From NCBI GenBank assembly GCA_964016885.1, contig OZ024741.1, positions 226,920,001 through 226,984,000 of the forward strand: a stretch of 64,000 bases of DNA, written 5' to 3'. The notes below the pieces were generated by a model. The model searched no databases. It saw only the letters and a list, made by a program, of their open reading frames with translations, and was not told the origin of the DNA. The stretch's first letter is position 1. Every line of letters starts with the position of its first letter. This DNA comes from Eledone cirrhosa. Lineage: Eukaryota. Shown here one piece after another: positions 39,781 through 57,482 of the stretch. The translations under genes were made by a program, and so were the position numbers.

Positions 39781-40129
39781 TTAACTTCTGAAGTAGAAGC
39801 CATGCTTCACATCGGCTCCCTGAAAATTTTCTGGATATTTTATTTTTTCACCGACCTTAACTTTTGGTTCAAGGTAGAAATTTTATTTCAACACATTTAA
39901 AACAAACACCAGAATAATGGATACTGCATCTAAAAGAAAAACTAAATCAACAAAATTTAAATTTCTAAATTTTCCCCCACCCAACAAAAACAAAAACAAA
40001 AATGTCAATGAAAGGGAAACGTGCCACCTGCGTTGTCGTGACTGGTGATCTTGGTTAATCTTGTAATTAGAGTCAGTTTCCTCTGATTACTAATTGTCAC
40101 GTGTTATAATGGTGAGTGATTGCCATTGC

Positions 40130-41971
40130 TATTCATGCCACACCTAACGTAACCACCCAAACACCTCCACCAACACCACCACCAATACCACCACCAATAC
40201 TACCACCAGCATCACCACCAATACCACCACCAATACTACCACCAATACCACCACCACCAATACCACCACCAATACTACCAACAACACCTATACTACCACC
40301 AATACCACCACCAGCAATACCACCACCACCAATACCACCACCAATACTACCACCAGCAATACCACCACCACCAATACCACCACCAATACTACCACCAGCA
40401 ATACCACCACCACCAATACCACCACCAATACTACCAACAACACCTATACTACCACCAATACCACCACCAGCAATACCACCACCACCAATACCACCACCAA
40501 TACTACCAACAACACCTATACTACCACCAATACCACCACCAGCAATACCACCACCACCAATACCACCACCAATACTACCAACAACACCTATACTACCACC
40601 AATACCACCACCAGCAATACCACCACCACCAATACCACCACCAATACTACCAACAACACCTATACTACCACCAATACCACCACCAGCAATACCACCACCA
40701 CCAATACCACCACCAATACTACCAACAACACCTATACTACCACCAATACCACCACCAGCAATACCACCACCACCAATACCACCACCAATACTACCAACAA
40801 CACCTATACTACCACCAATACCACCACCAGCAATACCACCACCACCAATACCACCACCAATACTACCAACAACACCTATACTACCACCAATACCACCACC
40901 AATACCACCACCAATACCACCACCAATACTACCAACAACACCAATACTACCACCAATAGCACTACCACCAAGACCAACACCAATACAACCCCCAATACAA
41001 CCACCACCAGTACCACGACCAACACCAACACCACCAACAGCACCAATATCACCCCCACCACCACCACTGTCGTTCTCCTCCACAAGCAGAATCACCACCA
41101 ACGTCATCACTACCACCTCCACCATCAACACTGTCACCCTCACCACTCCAAACACCATCACCACTCTCACCCTCACCACTCCAACCATCATCACCATCAT
41201 CACCATTGGATAATATTAAACTAAATACATACAAACACCACTACTACAACTGACGACACTACCACCACCACCACCACCACCACCACAACCACCATCATCA
41301 CCACCACCACACCACTATCACCACCACCACCAACAACACCATTATCGCCACCACCACCACCAACACCAACACCACCACCACCAATACCACCACCACCACC
41401 ACCAACACCACCATAAACACCACCACTGGCACCACCACCACCACCTCCATTAATACCACCATCGGCACCACCACCACCAACATCACCACAACCACCACCA
41501 CCACCACCACTACCACCACCACCACCACCACCACCACCACCACCATTAATACCACCATCGGCACCACCACCACCAACATCACCACAACCACCACCACCAC
41601 CACCACTACCACCACCACCACCACCACCACCACCACCACCACCATTAATACCACCATCGGCACCACCACCACCAACATCACCACTACCACCACCACCACC
41701 ACCACTACCACCACCACCACCACCACCACCACCACCATTAATACCACCATCGGCACCACCACCACCACCAACATCACCACAACCACCACCACCACCACCA
41801 CCACCACCACCACCACCACCACCACCACCACCACCACCACCACCAGCAGCACCACCAACACCATCACCATTGGTTAATGTGAACGTAGATACACGTTAAC
41901 ACTACTACAAATGAGAACACTGCCACCATCACCATCGCAACTACCAACAACACAAATAACATCCATTACAG

Positions 41972-42016
<45 letters not shown>

Positions 42017-45000
42017 TCACTGCCATCATCATCATCATCCTCATAACCCACGACACATCCTCATCTGTTACCACCAACACTATTACTACATTCATTGCTC
42101 CTCTCCCATTACAAACACTACCACTACCACTACCACTGCCACTAACACTATCATTGCCACTACCACTACCACTATAACTACCACTACCACTACCACTGCC
42201 ACTAACACTATCATTGCCACTACCACTACCACTATAACTAACACTACCACTACCACTGCCACTACCACTATAACTACCACTACAACTGCCACTACCACTA
42301 CCACTATAACTACCACTACCACTACCGCAGCCACTAACACTACCACTACCACTACCACTACCACTACAACTACAACTACAACTATCATTACCACTACCAC
42401 TATAACTACCACTACCATTACCGCAGCCACTAACACTACCACTAACACTACCACTACCACTACCACTACCACTACAACTACAACTACCATTACCACTGTA
42501 ACTACCACTACCAGTACCACTACCACTATAACTACCTCTACAACTACCACTACCATTGCCACTACCACTGCCACTAATACTACCACAAACACTACCACTA
42601 TAACTACCACTAACACTACCACACAACACTACCCACTACCACTATAACTACCACTACAACTACCACTATGACTACCACTACCAGTACCACTACCACAGCC
42701 ACTAACACTACCACAAACACTACCACTATAACTACCACTAAAGCTACCACTACCACTACCAATATCATTGTCACTACCACTATAATTACCACTGCCACTA
42801 CCACTACCACCACCACTATAACTACCACTACCACTACAATTACCACTACCACTACACTACCACTACCACTACCTCTGCCACTAACACAACCACAAACACT
42901 ACCACTATAACAACCACTACCACTATAACTATCACTACCACTACCACTACAACTACCACTACCATTATAACTACCACTACCACTGCCACTAACACAATCA
43001 CTTCCACTATCACTACCACTACCACTACCACTACCAATACCATACCACTGCCACTACCTTTACCACTACCAATGCCACTAACACTAAGACTAACACTACC
43101 ACTATAACTACCACTACCATTACCGCAGCCACTAACACTACCACTAACACTACCACTACCACTACCACTACAACTACAACTACCACTACCACGACCACTA
43201 TAACTACCACTACCAGTACCACTACCACTATAACTACCTCTACAACTACCACTACCAGTACCACTACCACTGCCACTAACACTACCACAAACACTACCAC
43301 TATAACTACCACTAAAACTACCACTACCACTACCAATAACATTGCCACTACTACTATAATTACCACTGCCACTACCACTACCACTACCACTATAACTACC
43401 ACTACCACTACAATTAACACTACCACTACACTACCACTACCACTGCCTCTGCCACTAACACAACCACAAACACTACCATTATAACTACCACTACCACTAT
43501 AACTACCACTACCACTACCACTACAACTACCACTACCACTACCTCTGCCACTAACACTACCACTGCCACTAACACAATCACTTCCACTATCACTTCCACT
43601 ATCACTACCACTACCACTACCACTACCACTACCAAACCACTGCCACTACCTTTACCACTACCAATGCCACTAACACTAAGACTAACACTACCACTATAAC
43701 TACCACTACATCTACCATTGCCACTACCACTTATTCTACCACTGCCAGTACCACTACCACTAAAACTAGCACTACGACTATAAATCCCACTACCACTACC
43801 ACTGCCACTACCACTAACACTACCACTACCACTACCACTACCACTTTCACTACCACTACCACTTTCAGTGGTATTGGTAGTGGGAGTTATAGTGGTAGTG
43901 GTACCACTATAACTCCCACTACCAATACCACTGAAAGTAATCCTACCACAAACACTACCACTATAACTACCACTACCACTACCGATACCACTACCACAAA
44001 CAATACCACTACCACTACCAATACCACAAACACTACCAATGCCACAAACACTACCAATAAAACTACCACTACAACTAGCAGTACCACTGCCACTAACACT
44101 AAAACGAACACTACCATTATAAATACCACTACCACTACCACTACCACTGCCACTAACACTACCACTGCCACTGCCAATACCAATGCCACTACCACTGCGA
44201 CTACCATTACCACTACCTCTATAACTACCACTACCACTACCACTGCCACTAACACTACCACAAACACTACCACTATAACTACCACTACCACTATAACTAT
44301 CACTATAACTACCACTATCACTACCACTGCCACAACCACTATAACTACAACTCCCACTGCCGCTAACACTACCACTAACAATACCACTACCACTAGCACT
44401 ACCACTACAACTAGCACTACCGCTACCACTACAACTACCACTTCCACTACCACTACCACTGCCACTAACACAACCACTTCCACTACCACTACCACTACCA
44501 CTACCACTGCCATTACCACTACCACTACCACTACCACTGCCATTACCACTACCAATACCACTACCATTACCACTACCACAAACATTATCACTACCAATAC
44601 CACTACCACTACCACTACAAATACCACTAACACTACCAATGCAACTAACACTACCACTAACACTACCACTATAACTACCACTACAAATAGCACTACCGCT
44701 ACCACGACCTCTACCACTACCTCTGCCACTAACACTACCACAAACATTACCACTACCACTATAACTAACACTACCACTACCGCAGTCACTAACACTACCA
44801 CAAACACTGCCACTATAACTAACACTACCACGACCACTGTAACTAGAACTACCACTGCCACTGCCACTACCACCATAACTACCACTAACAATACCTCAAA
44901 TACTACCACTATAACTATCAATACAAATACCCCTACCACTACCACGACCAAGACCACTATATCTGCCACTAACACTACCACAAACACTACCACTATAACT

Positions 45001-48000
45001 ACCACTACAACTACCACTAACACTACCACTACCAGTACCACTAACACTGCCAGTAACACTACAACAAACACTACCACTATAACTACCACTATAACTACCA
45101 CTGTTACTACCCCTAACACTACCACTACCACTACCACTACCACTGCCACTACCACTATAACTGCCACTACCACTACCACTATAACTACCACTATAAATAC
45201 CACTACCACTACCACTACCACTACCACTACCACTATCACAAACACTGCCACTAACACTACCACTAACACTACCACTGCCACTAACACTAACACTAACACT
45301 ACCACTATAACTACCACTACCACTACCATTGCCACTACCACTACCACTGCCACTGCCACTATCACTACCACTACAACTAGAACTACCACTATAAGTACCA
45401 CTACAACTACCGCTACCATTATAACTACCACTACCACTACCACAAACACTTCCACTACCACTATAACTACAACTACCCTAAAATTACCAATACCACTTCC
45501 ACTGCCACTACTAATACTAACACTAACACTGCCACTATAACTAACACTACCACTTGTACAATCACTACCACTTCTACGACCACGACCACTGCCACTAACA
45601 CTACCACTACCACTAACACTATAACTACCACTACCACTACCACTGCCACTAACACTATCACAAACACTGCCATTGTAACTAGCACTATCACTACCACTAC
45701 CACTACCACTACCACTACCACTGCCACTACCACTACCAGTATAACTACCACAACCACTACCACTTCCACTAACACTACCACTATAACTAGCACAACCACA
45801 ACCACTATAGCTACCACTACAACTACCACTACCACAAAAATACCATTAGCACTACCACTAACACTACAACAACCACTACCACTACCACTGTCACTAACAC
45901 TACCACTAACACTACCACTGCCAATAACACTAACACTAACACTACCACTATAACTACCACAAACACTACCACTATGGATTCCACTGCCACTACTAACACT
46001 ACCACTAACTCTGCCACTATAACTAACACTACCACTACCACTTCTACGACCACTACCACTTCTACGACTACTACCACTGCCACTAACATTAACACAAACA
46101 CTAACACTACAACTACCACTACCACAAACTACCACTATAACTACCACTACCACTAACACTACCACAAACACTACCACTATAACTACCACTACCACTATAA
46201 CTATCACTATAACTACCACTATCACTACCACTGCAACAACCACTATAACTACAACTCCCACTGCCGCTAAAACTACTACAAACACTACCATTATAACTAC
46301 CACTACCACTACCACTACCACTACAACTACCACTACCGCTACCACTACAACTACCACTTCCACTACAACTACCACTGCCACTAACACAACCACTTCCACT
46401 ACCACTACCACTACCACTACCACTACCACTACCACTGCGATTACCACTACCAATATAACTACCATTACCACTACCACAATCACTTCCACTACCACTACCA
46501 CTACCACTACCACTGCCACTACCACTGCGATTACCACTACCAATATAACTACCATTACCACTACCACAATCACTACCACTACCACTACCACTACCACTAC
46601 AAATAGCACTAACACTACCAATGCAACTAACACTACCACTAACACTACCACTATAACTACCACTACAAATAGCACTACCACTACCACGACCTCTGCCACT
46701 AACACTACCACAAACGTTACCACTACCACGATAATTACCACTACCACTACCATTGCCACTACCACTACAACTGAACTACCACTACCACTAAAACTACCAC
46801 TACCAATATAACTACCACTACCACTGCCATTAACACAACCACTAACTCTACCACTACCACTTCCACTACCACTGCCACTACCACTACCAGAACCAATACC
46901 AATACCATACCACTGCCACTACTATTACCACTACCAATGCCACTAACACTACCACTATAACTACCACTACCATTGCCACTACCACTACCTCTACCACTGC
47001 CAATACCACTACCACTAAAACTAGCACTACCCCCATAACTACTGCTACCACTACCACTACCACTACCACTGCCACTACCACTACCACTATAACTACCACT
47101 ACAACTACCACTACCACTACCACTACCACTATAACTCCCACTACCAATACCACTGTAAGTAATCCTACCACAAACGCTACCACAAACACTACCACTATAA
47201 GTACCACTACCACTACCGCAGCCACTAACACAAACACTACCACTATAACTACCACTACTATTACCACTACAACAACCACTACCACTACCACTACCAATGC
47301 CACTAACGCAACCAAAAGCACTACCACGCTAACTACCACTATAACTACCACTACCACTAACACTACCACTACCACTGCCTCTACCACCTCCACTAACACT
47401 ACCACAAACACTACCACTACAACTACCACTACAACTACCACTACAACTACCACTACAACTACCACTACCTGTACCACTTCCATTAACACTACCACAAAGA
47501 CTACCACTAAAACTACCACTACAACTACCACTACCAATACCAGTAACACTACCACTACCACTACGACTATCACGACGACTACCACTGCCACTTGCACTAA
47601 CACTAACACTACCACTATAACTACCACTCCGACTATAACTACCGCTACCCCTACCACTACCACTGCCACTCTCACTAACACTAACACTAGCACTACCACT
47701 ATAACTACGACTACCAAAACCACTACCACTACCACTAAAAATAGCACTACCACTACCACTGTAACTACCACTACCACTACCACTACAAATACCACTATAA
47801 CTACCACTACCACTACCACTACCATTACCACTATAACAACCACTACCAATACCATGACGCTAATGCTACCACAAACACTATCACAAAAACTACCACTACC
47901 ACTACCACAAACACTACGACTTCCACTACCACATCACTACCACTACCACTACAACTACCACTACGACTACCACTACCACAACCACTAGCACTACCACTAC

Positions 48001-51000
48001 CACTACCAATGCCACTATCACTAACACTAACACTACCACTATAACTACCACTACCACTACCACTGCTACTAATACAACCACTGCCACTGCCACAAACCAC
48101 TACCACTACCACTGCCACTACCTCAAACACTACCACTATAACTACCACTACCACTAGCACTACCAATATAACTACCACTATAACTACCACTATCACTACC
48201 ACTACCACTATAACTACCACTACCACTACCACTACCACTGCCACTAACACTACCACAATCATTACCACTATAAATACCATTACAGGTACCACTATCACTA
48301 CCACTACCACTACCACTACAACTACCACTACCACTATAAATACAACTACCACTACCACTATAAATACAACTACCACAAACAATACCACTACCACTACCAC
48401 TACCAATACCACTACCACTACCACTACAACAACCACTACCACTACCACTACCACTGCCACTACCACTACCACTACCATTAACACTACCACTAACACTACC
48501 ACTAAGACTACCACTACCACTAACACTAACACTACAACTACCACTTCCACTACCACTACCACTACCACTAACACAACCACTAACACTACTAACACTACCA
48601 CTACCACTGCCTCTACCACTACCACTAACAATACCACTACAATACCACTTTCACGACCACTACCACTGCCACTTGCACTAACACTAACTCTACCACTATA
48701 ACTGCCACTACCACTACCACTGCCACTAATATAACCACTACCAATACCTCTACCACTACCACTACCACTAGCACTACCACTACCACTACCACTACCACAA
48801 ACACTACCACTACCACTACCACTACCAATACCACTACCACTACCACTATAACTACCACAAACACTACCACTACCACTACCACTACAACTACAACTGCCAC
48901 TACCACTATCACTATAACTAACACTAACACTACGACTGTCACTAACACTACCACAAACACTACCACTATAACTACCACTATCACTACCACTACAACTACC
49001 ACTACAAATACCAGTACCACTGCCACTGACACTACCACAAACAATACCACTATAACTACCACTACAACGACCACTATCACTACCACTACCACTGCCAATA
49101 ACACTACCACAAACGCTACCACTATAACTGCCACTACAACTACCACTACCACTACCATTACCACTACCACTGGGTCTACCACTATAACTACCACTGCCAC
49201 TAACACTACCACAATCACTACCACTACCACTACCATTGCCACTACCGTTACCACTACCACTGCCACTGCCACTAACACTAACACAAGCACTACCATTATA
49301 ATTAGGACTACCACAACCACTACCACTACCACTAAATCTAGCACTAACACTACCACCGTAACTACCACTACCTCTACTACTACAACTACCACTATAACTA
49401 CCACTACCACTATAACAATCACTACCAATACCATGACACTAATGCTACCACAAACACTACCACAAACACTACCACAAACACTACCACTAAAACTACCACT
49501 ACCACTACCACAAACACTACGACTACCACTACCGCATCAACTAGCACTACCACTACCACTACCACTACCACTATAACTACCACTAACACTACCACAAACA
49601 CTACCACTATAACTAACAATACAACTACTACTACCACTACCACATCCACTACCACAAACACTACCATATAAATACCTCTACAACATTACCACTAACACTA
49701 CCACTGCCAGTACCACTATAATTACCACTGCCACTACCACTACCACCACCACTACCACTATAACTACCAGTACCACTACCACTGCCACTATAACTACTAA
49801 TATAACTACCACTACAATTACCACTGCCACTACCACTATAACTAACACTAACACTACCACAAACACTACCACTATAAGTACCATAACCATTACCACTATA
49901 ACTACAACTACCACTACCACTACCACTACCACTATAATTACCAGTACCACTACCACTGCCACTAACACTACCAGAAACAATCCCCATATAACTACCACTA
50001 CCACTACAACTACCACTACCACTACCACTACGACTACCACAAACACTACCACTACAACAACCACTACCACTACGACTACCACTACCAATGCCACTAACAC
50101 TAACACTAACAGTACCACTATAATTACCACTACAACTACCACATCCACTGCCACTAACACAACCACTACCACTGCCACATACCACTACAACTACCACTAC
50201 CACTGCCACTAACACTACCACAAACACTATCACTATAACTACGACTACCACTACCAATATAACTACCACTATAACTACCACTATCATACCACTACCACTA
50301 AAACTATCACTACCACTACCACTACCACTACCACTGCCACTAACACTACCACAAACACTACCACTATAACTACCATTACAGTTAGCACTACCACTACAAC
50401 TACCACTACCACTACAACTACCACTACCACTACAAATACCACTACCACAAACATTACCACTACCACTACCATTACCACTACCACTACCATTACCACTACC
50501 ACTACCACTACAACAACCACTACCACTACCACTGCCACTAACACTACCACTACCATTAACACTACCACTAACACTAACACTATAACTACCACTACAAGAA
50601 CCACTATAACTACCACTACCACAGCCAGTAACACTAACACTAACACTACCATTATAACTACCACTACCATTACCACTACAACTACCACTACCATTGCCAC
50701 TGCCACTAACACTACCAAAATAACTACTACTATAACTACCACTACCACTACCACTGCCTCTACCACTTCCACTAGTACTACCAGAAACACTACCACTACA
50801 ACTACCACTACAACTACCACTACAACTACCACTGCCACTAACACTACCACAAACACTAACACTAAAACTACCATTACAACTACCACTACCAATACCACTA
50901 TCACGACCACTGCCACTTACACTAACACTAACACTACCACTATAACTACCATAACCACTACCACTACGGCTACCACAAACTCTACCACTACCACTACATC

Positions 51001-54000
51001 TACCTCTCCCACAACAACAAACACTACCACTACCACTGCCACTAACATTACCACTAACACTACCACTACCATAAACACTACCACTATAATTACCACTACC
51101 TCTACAACTACCACTACCACTATAACTACCACTACCACTACCACGACCACAAACACTACCACTACCAATACATCTACCTCTACCACAGCAACAAACACTA
51201 CCACTACCACTGCCACTAACATTACCACTAACACTACCACTACAACTACCACTACCACTATAACTACCACTAACACTATAACTACCACTACCACAAACAC
51301 TACCACGCTAACTACCACTACCCTACCACTACCACTGCCACTGCCACTACCACTGCCACTAAAACTAGCAGTACCAGTATAACTACCATTACCACTACCA
51401 ATAAAACTACCACTACCACTGCCAATACCACTACCACTACCACTATATCTACCACTGTCACTACCACTACCACAAACACTACCACTATAACTACCACTAC
51501 CACTACCACTACCACTACCACTACAACTACCACTACCACTACCACAATAACTACCACTAGAACTACCACTGCCACTACCTCTACCACTACCACTGCCACT
51601 ACCATTATAACTATCACTGGCACTACCACTACCACTACCTCTACCACTATAACTACCACTACCACTACCACTGCCACTAACACTACCACTAACACTACCA
51701 TTATAGCTACCACTACAACTACCACTACATCTACCACTACAATTATAACTACCACTACCACTACAACTACCACTACCACTAACACTACCACTATAACTGT
51801 CACTACCACTACCACTGCCACTAACACTACCACAAACACTACCATTATAATTACCACTGCCATTACCACTACAACTACCACTACCACTACCACTATAACT
51901 ACCACTACCACTACCACAAACACTACCACTACCACTACCACTACCACTGCCACTACCACTACCACTACCTCTATAACTACCACTAGCACTGCCACTATCA
52001 CTACCACTATAATTAATACTACCACTGCCACTAATACTACCACTAACACTACCACAAACACTACCACTGCCACTACCACTACCACTACCAATGCCACTAC
52101 CACTATAATTACCTCTACCACTATCACTACCACTACCATTACCTCTACAACTACAAATACCACTATAACTACCACTATAACTACCACTACCACTACCACT
52201 GCAACTACCACTATAACTACCGATACAACTAACACTACCACTACCACTATCGCAGCCACTAACACTACCACAAACACTACCACTATAACTACCACTACCA
52301 CTAATACTACCACTACCACTGCCACTATAACTACCACTACACTACTACTGCCACTAACACTACCACAAACACTACCACGCTAACTACTTGTACCACTACC
52401 ACTATAACTACCACTACCCCTACCAATACCACTGCCACTATGGTGCCACTAACACTACCAAAAACACTACCACTATAAGTACCACTACAACTACCACTAC
52501 CACTGCCACTACCACTATAACTACCACTGCCACTACCACTACCACTACCACTACCTCTACCACTATAACTAACACTACCACTACCATTGCCTCTAACACT
52601 ACCAAAACACTACCAGTATAATTACCACTACCACCACCAATATAACTACCACTATAACAACCACTACCACTATAACTAGCACTACCACTAACACTGCCAC
52701 TAACACTACCACAAACACTACCACGCTAACTACCAGTACCACTACCACTATAACTACCACTACCCCTACCACTACCACTACCACTGCCACTACCACTACC
52801 ACTAAAACTAGCACTACCACTGTAACTACCACTACCACTACCACTACCACTATCACTTCCACTATCACCACCGTTATAATTACCACTGCCACTAATACTA
52901 CCACAAACACTACCACTATAACTACCACTACCACTACCACTAACAATACCACTATAATAACCACTACCACTACCACTACCACAAACACTACCACTACCAT
53001 TACAACTACCACTACCACTACCACTGCCACTACCACTACCCCTACCACTACCACTACCACTACCATTACCACTACCACTGCCACTGCCACTACCACTATT
53101 ACTACCACTACCACTACCACTACCACTTCCACTACCACTATAACTACCACTACCACTACCACTACCACTACCACTACCACTGCCACTGCCACTATCCCTA
53201 CCCCTACCACTACCACTATAACTACCACTACCACTATGACTACCACTACCACTACCACTATGACTACCACTACCACTACCATTACCACTACCACTACCAC
53301 TACCACTATAACTACCACTAGTACTACCACTATAACTACAACTACAACTACCACTATAACTACCACTACCACTACCACTATAACTACCACTACCACTACA
53401 ACTACAACTACCACTACCACTACCACTATAACTACCACTACCAATACCACTACCACCATCACCATCATCACCTTCACCATCACCACCATCACCATCACCA
53501 CCATCACCATCACCACCATCACCACCATCACCACCATCACCATCACCATCACCACCATCACCACCATCACCATCATCAACATCACTATCAACACCATCAC
53601 CATCACCACCATTACCATCACCACCATCACCACCATCACCACCATCACCATCACCGTCACCACCATCACCACCATCACCACCATCACCACCATCACCATC
53701 CCCATCACCACCATCATCATCACCACCATCACCAGCACCAGCACCAGCACCACCACCACCACCATCACCGTCCCCATCACCACCATCACCATCACCACCA
53801 TCACCAGCACCATCACCACTACCACCACACACCACAACCACTATCACTACAACTACCACCACAACCACAACTACCACCACAACTACCACCACAACTACCA
53901 CCACAACCACAACTACCACCACTACCACAACTACCACCACAACTACCACCACAACTACCACCACAACCACAACTACCACCACGACAACCACTACCACCAC

Positions 54001-57000
54001 AACCACCACCACAACAACTACCACCACAACAACTACCGCCACCACTACCACCACCACAAGTACCACAACCATAACCATCACCACAACTACCACCACCACG
54101 ACAACCACCACAACTACCACCACCAGAAATACAACCACCACAACCACTACCACCACCACTACCGCCCCAACCACCACCACAACTACCACCACAACCACAA
54201 CTACCACCACAACTACCACTACAACTACCACAACAACCACAACTACCACCACCACCACAACTACCACTACAACTACCACCACAACTACCACCACAACTAC
54301 CACCACAACCACAACTACCACCACGACAACCACTACCACCATGACCACCACCACAACTACTACAACCACAACCGTCACCACAACTACCACCATCACAACC
54401 ACTACAACCACCACCACAACTACTACAACCACAACCATCACCACAACAACCACCATCACTACTACCACCACACACCACAACCACTACCACTACAACTACC
54501 ACCACAACCACATCTACCACCACAACTACCACCACAACCACAACTACCACCACAACTACCACCACAACTACCACCACAACCACAACTACCACCACAACTA
54601 CCACCACAACCACAACTACCACCACGACAACCACTACCACCACAACCACCACCACAACAACTACCACCACAACAACTACCGCCACCACTACCACCACCAC
54701 AAGTACCACAACCATAACCATCACCACAACTACCACCACCACGACAACCACCACAACTACCACCACCAGAAATACAACCACCACAACCACTACCACCACC
54801 ACTACCGCCCCAACCACCACCACAACTACCACCACCACAACAACAACTATCGGCACAACAACCACCACAACTACCACCACCAGAACTAGCAGCACCACAA
54901 CCACTACCACCACCAGAACTAGCACCACCACAACCACTACCACCACCACAACTACCACCACCACAACAACCACTACCGCCACAACAACCACCACAACTAC
55001 CACCACCAGAACTTGCACCACCACAACCACTACCACCACCAGAACTAGCACCACCACATCCACTACCACCACCACAACTACCACCACCACAACAACCACT
55101 ACTGCCACAACAACCACCACAACTACCACCACCAGTACTACCACCACCACAACAACCACTACCGCCACAACAACCACCACAACTACCACCACCAGAACTA
55201 CTACCACCACATCAGCCACTACCGCCACAACAACCACCACAACTACCACCACCAGAACTACCACCACCACAACAACCACTACCGCCACAACCACCACCAC
55301 AACTACCACCACCACAACCACTACCGGCACAACCACCACCACAACTACCACCACCAGAACTACCACCACCACAACAACCACTACCGCCACAACCACCACC
55401 ACAACTACTACCACCAGAACTACCACCACCACAACAACCACTACCGACACAACCACCACCACAACTACCACCACCACAACCACTACCGGCACAACCACCA
55501 CCACAACTACCACCACCAGAACTACCACCAACACAACCACTACCGGCACAACCACCACCACAACTACAACCACCAGAACTACCACCACCACAACAACCAC
55601 TACCGCCACAACAGCCACCACAACTACCACCACCAGAACTACCACCACCACAACTACCACCACCAGAACTACCACCACCACAACAACCACTACCGCCACA
55701 ACCACCACAATAACTACTACCACCAGAACTACCACCACCACAACAACCACTACCGACACAACCACCACCACAACTACCACCACCACAACCACTACCGGCA
55801 CAACCACCACCACAACTACCACCACCAGAACTACCACCACCACAACCACTACCGGCACAACCACCACCACAACTACCACCACCAGAACTACCACCACCAC
55901 AACAACCACTACCGCCACAACCACCACCACAACTACCACCACCACAACCACTACCGCCACAACAACCACCACAACTACCACCACCAGAACTACCACCACC
56001 ACAACCACTACCGGCACAACCACCACCACAACTACCACCACCAGAACTACCACCACCACAACAACCACTACCGCCACAACAACCACCACAACTACCACCA
56101 CCAGAACTACCACCACCACAACAACCACTACCGCCACAACCACCACAATAACTACTACCACCAGAACTACCACCACCACAACAACCACTACCGACACAAC
56201 CACCACCACAACTACCACCACCACAACCACTACCGGCACAACCACCACCACAACTACCACCACCAGAACTACCACCACCACAACCACTACCGGCACAACC
56301 ACCACCACAACTACCACCACCAGAACTACCACCACCACAATAACCACTACCGCCACAACCACCACCACAACAACCACCACAACTACCACTACCGCCACAA
56401 CAACCACCACAACTACCACCACCAGAACTACCACCACCACAACCACTACCGGCACAACCACCACCACAACTACCACCACCACAACCACTACCGCCACAAC
56501 CACCACCACAACTACCACCACCACCACAACCACTACCGCCACAACAACCACCACAACTACCACCACCACAACTACCACCACCACAACCACTACCGCCACA
56601 ACCACCACCACAACTACCACCACCACCACAACCACTACCGCCACAACCACCACCACCACTACCACCACCAGAACTACCACCACCACAACCACTACCGCCA
56701 CAACCACCACCACTATTGCCCCTGTCAAATCAACAGAACCATAGCCATCACCACCAGCACTAAACCACCACTATCACCACCATCACCATAACAACTTCAA
56801 CCGCCAGCATCACCACAACCACTACAACCTCAACCACCAACAGCACCCACAAGTACTACCACCACAACTACCACTACCACAATTACCACGACTATAACAA
56901 TCATCACAACTACCACCACCACCACTTCCGCCACTACCGCCACAACCACCACCACTATCACCACAACCACTACAACCTCGACCACCAACAGCACCACAAG

Positions 57001-57230
57001 TACTACCACCACAACTACCACTACCACAATTACCACGACTATAACAATCATCACAACTACCACCACCACTACCGCCACTACCGCCACAACCACCACCACT
57101 ATCACCACAACCACTACAACCTCAACCACCAACATCACACAACCACCACCACAACTTCTACCGCCACAACCACCACCACTATCACCGCCATCACCACAAC
57201 CTCAACCTCCAACACCACCACTCACTCCTT
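40130..57230. repeat. 17-kb complex triplet-periodic array (ACC/ACT/ACA/AAC/ATA), with A at nearly every third base; possible Gly-rich or Thr-rich coding sequence
   Basis: Distinct sub-blocks and higher-order repeats; occasional 1-nt phase shifts. Confidence 0.9.
40245..40950. repeat. 69-bp tandem repeat (minus GGIGGGGIAGGGIGGSIGVVGSI; plus PPPIPPPILPTTPILPPIPPPAI)
   Basis: About 7-8 near-identical units inside ORFs 40116-41213 (+) and 40133-41206 (-). Confidence 0.9.
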
Positions 57231-57482
57231 TACACATCCTACCCCATCCTCACATCACCCCTCCCCTCACCAATCCCTTCTACATCTGTTCTGCTAATTA
57301 GCATATGCTAATCGTTCAAACGAAATCAATTGAAAATAAGATTATTACAGTGTCAAAGACTGGAAGCTGAAGAGACTGAAATACTTGCTCAACAGTTTAA
57401 TATTGGGTGTGTCCACACTTCAATCACAAGTTGAAATCGATTCTTGCATATGTGTATAAAGGCGAGTTCCTGCGTCTATTTA

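Noticed and set aside
41298-56728. Long poly-Val ORFs on the minus strand
   Set aside because: A by-product of GTG/GTA periodicity with GTG counted as start; implausible as proteins.
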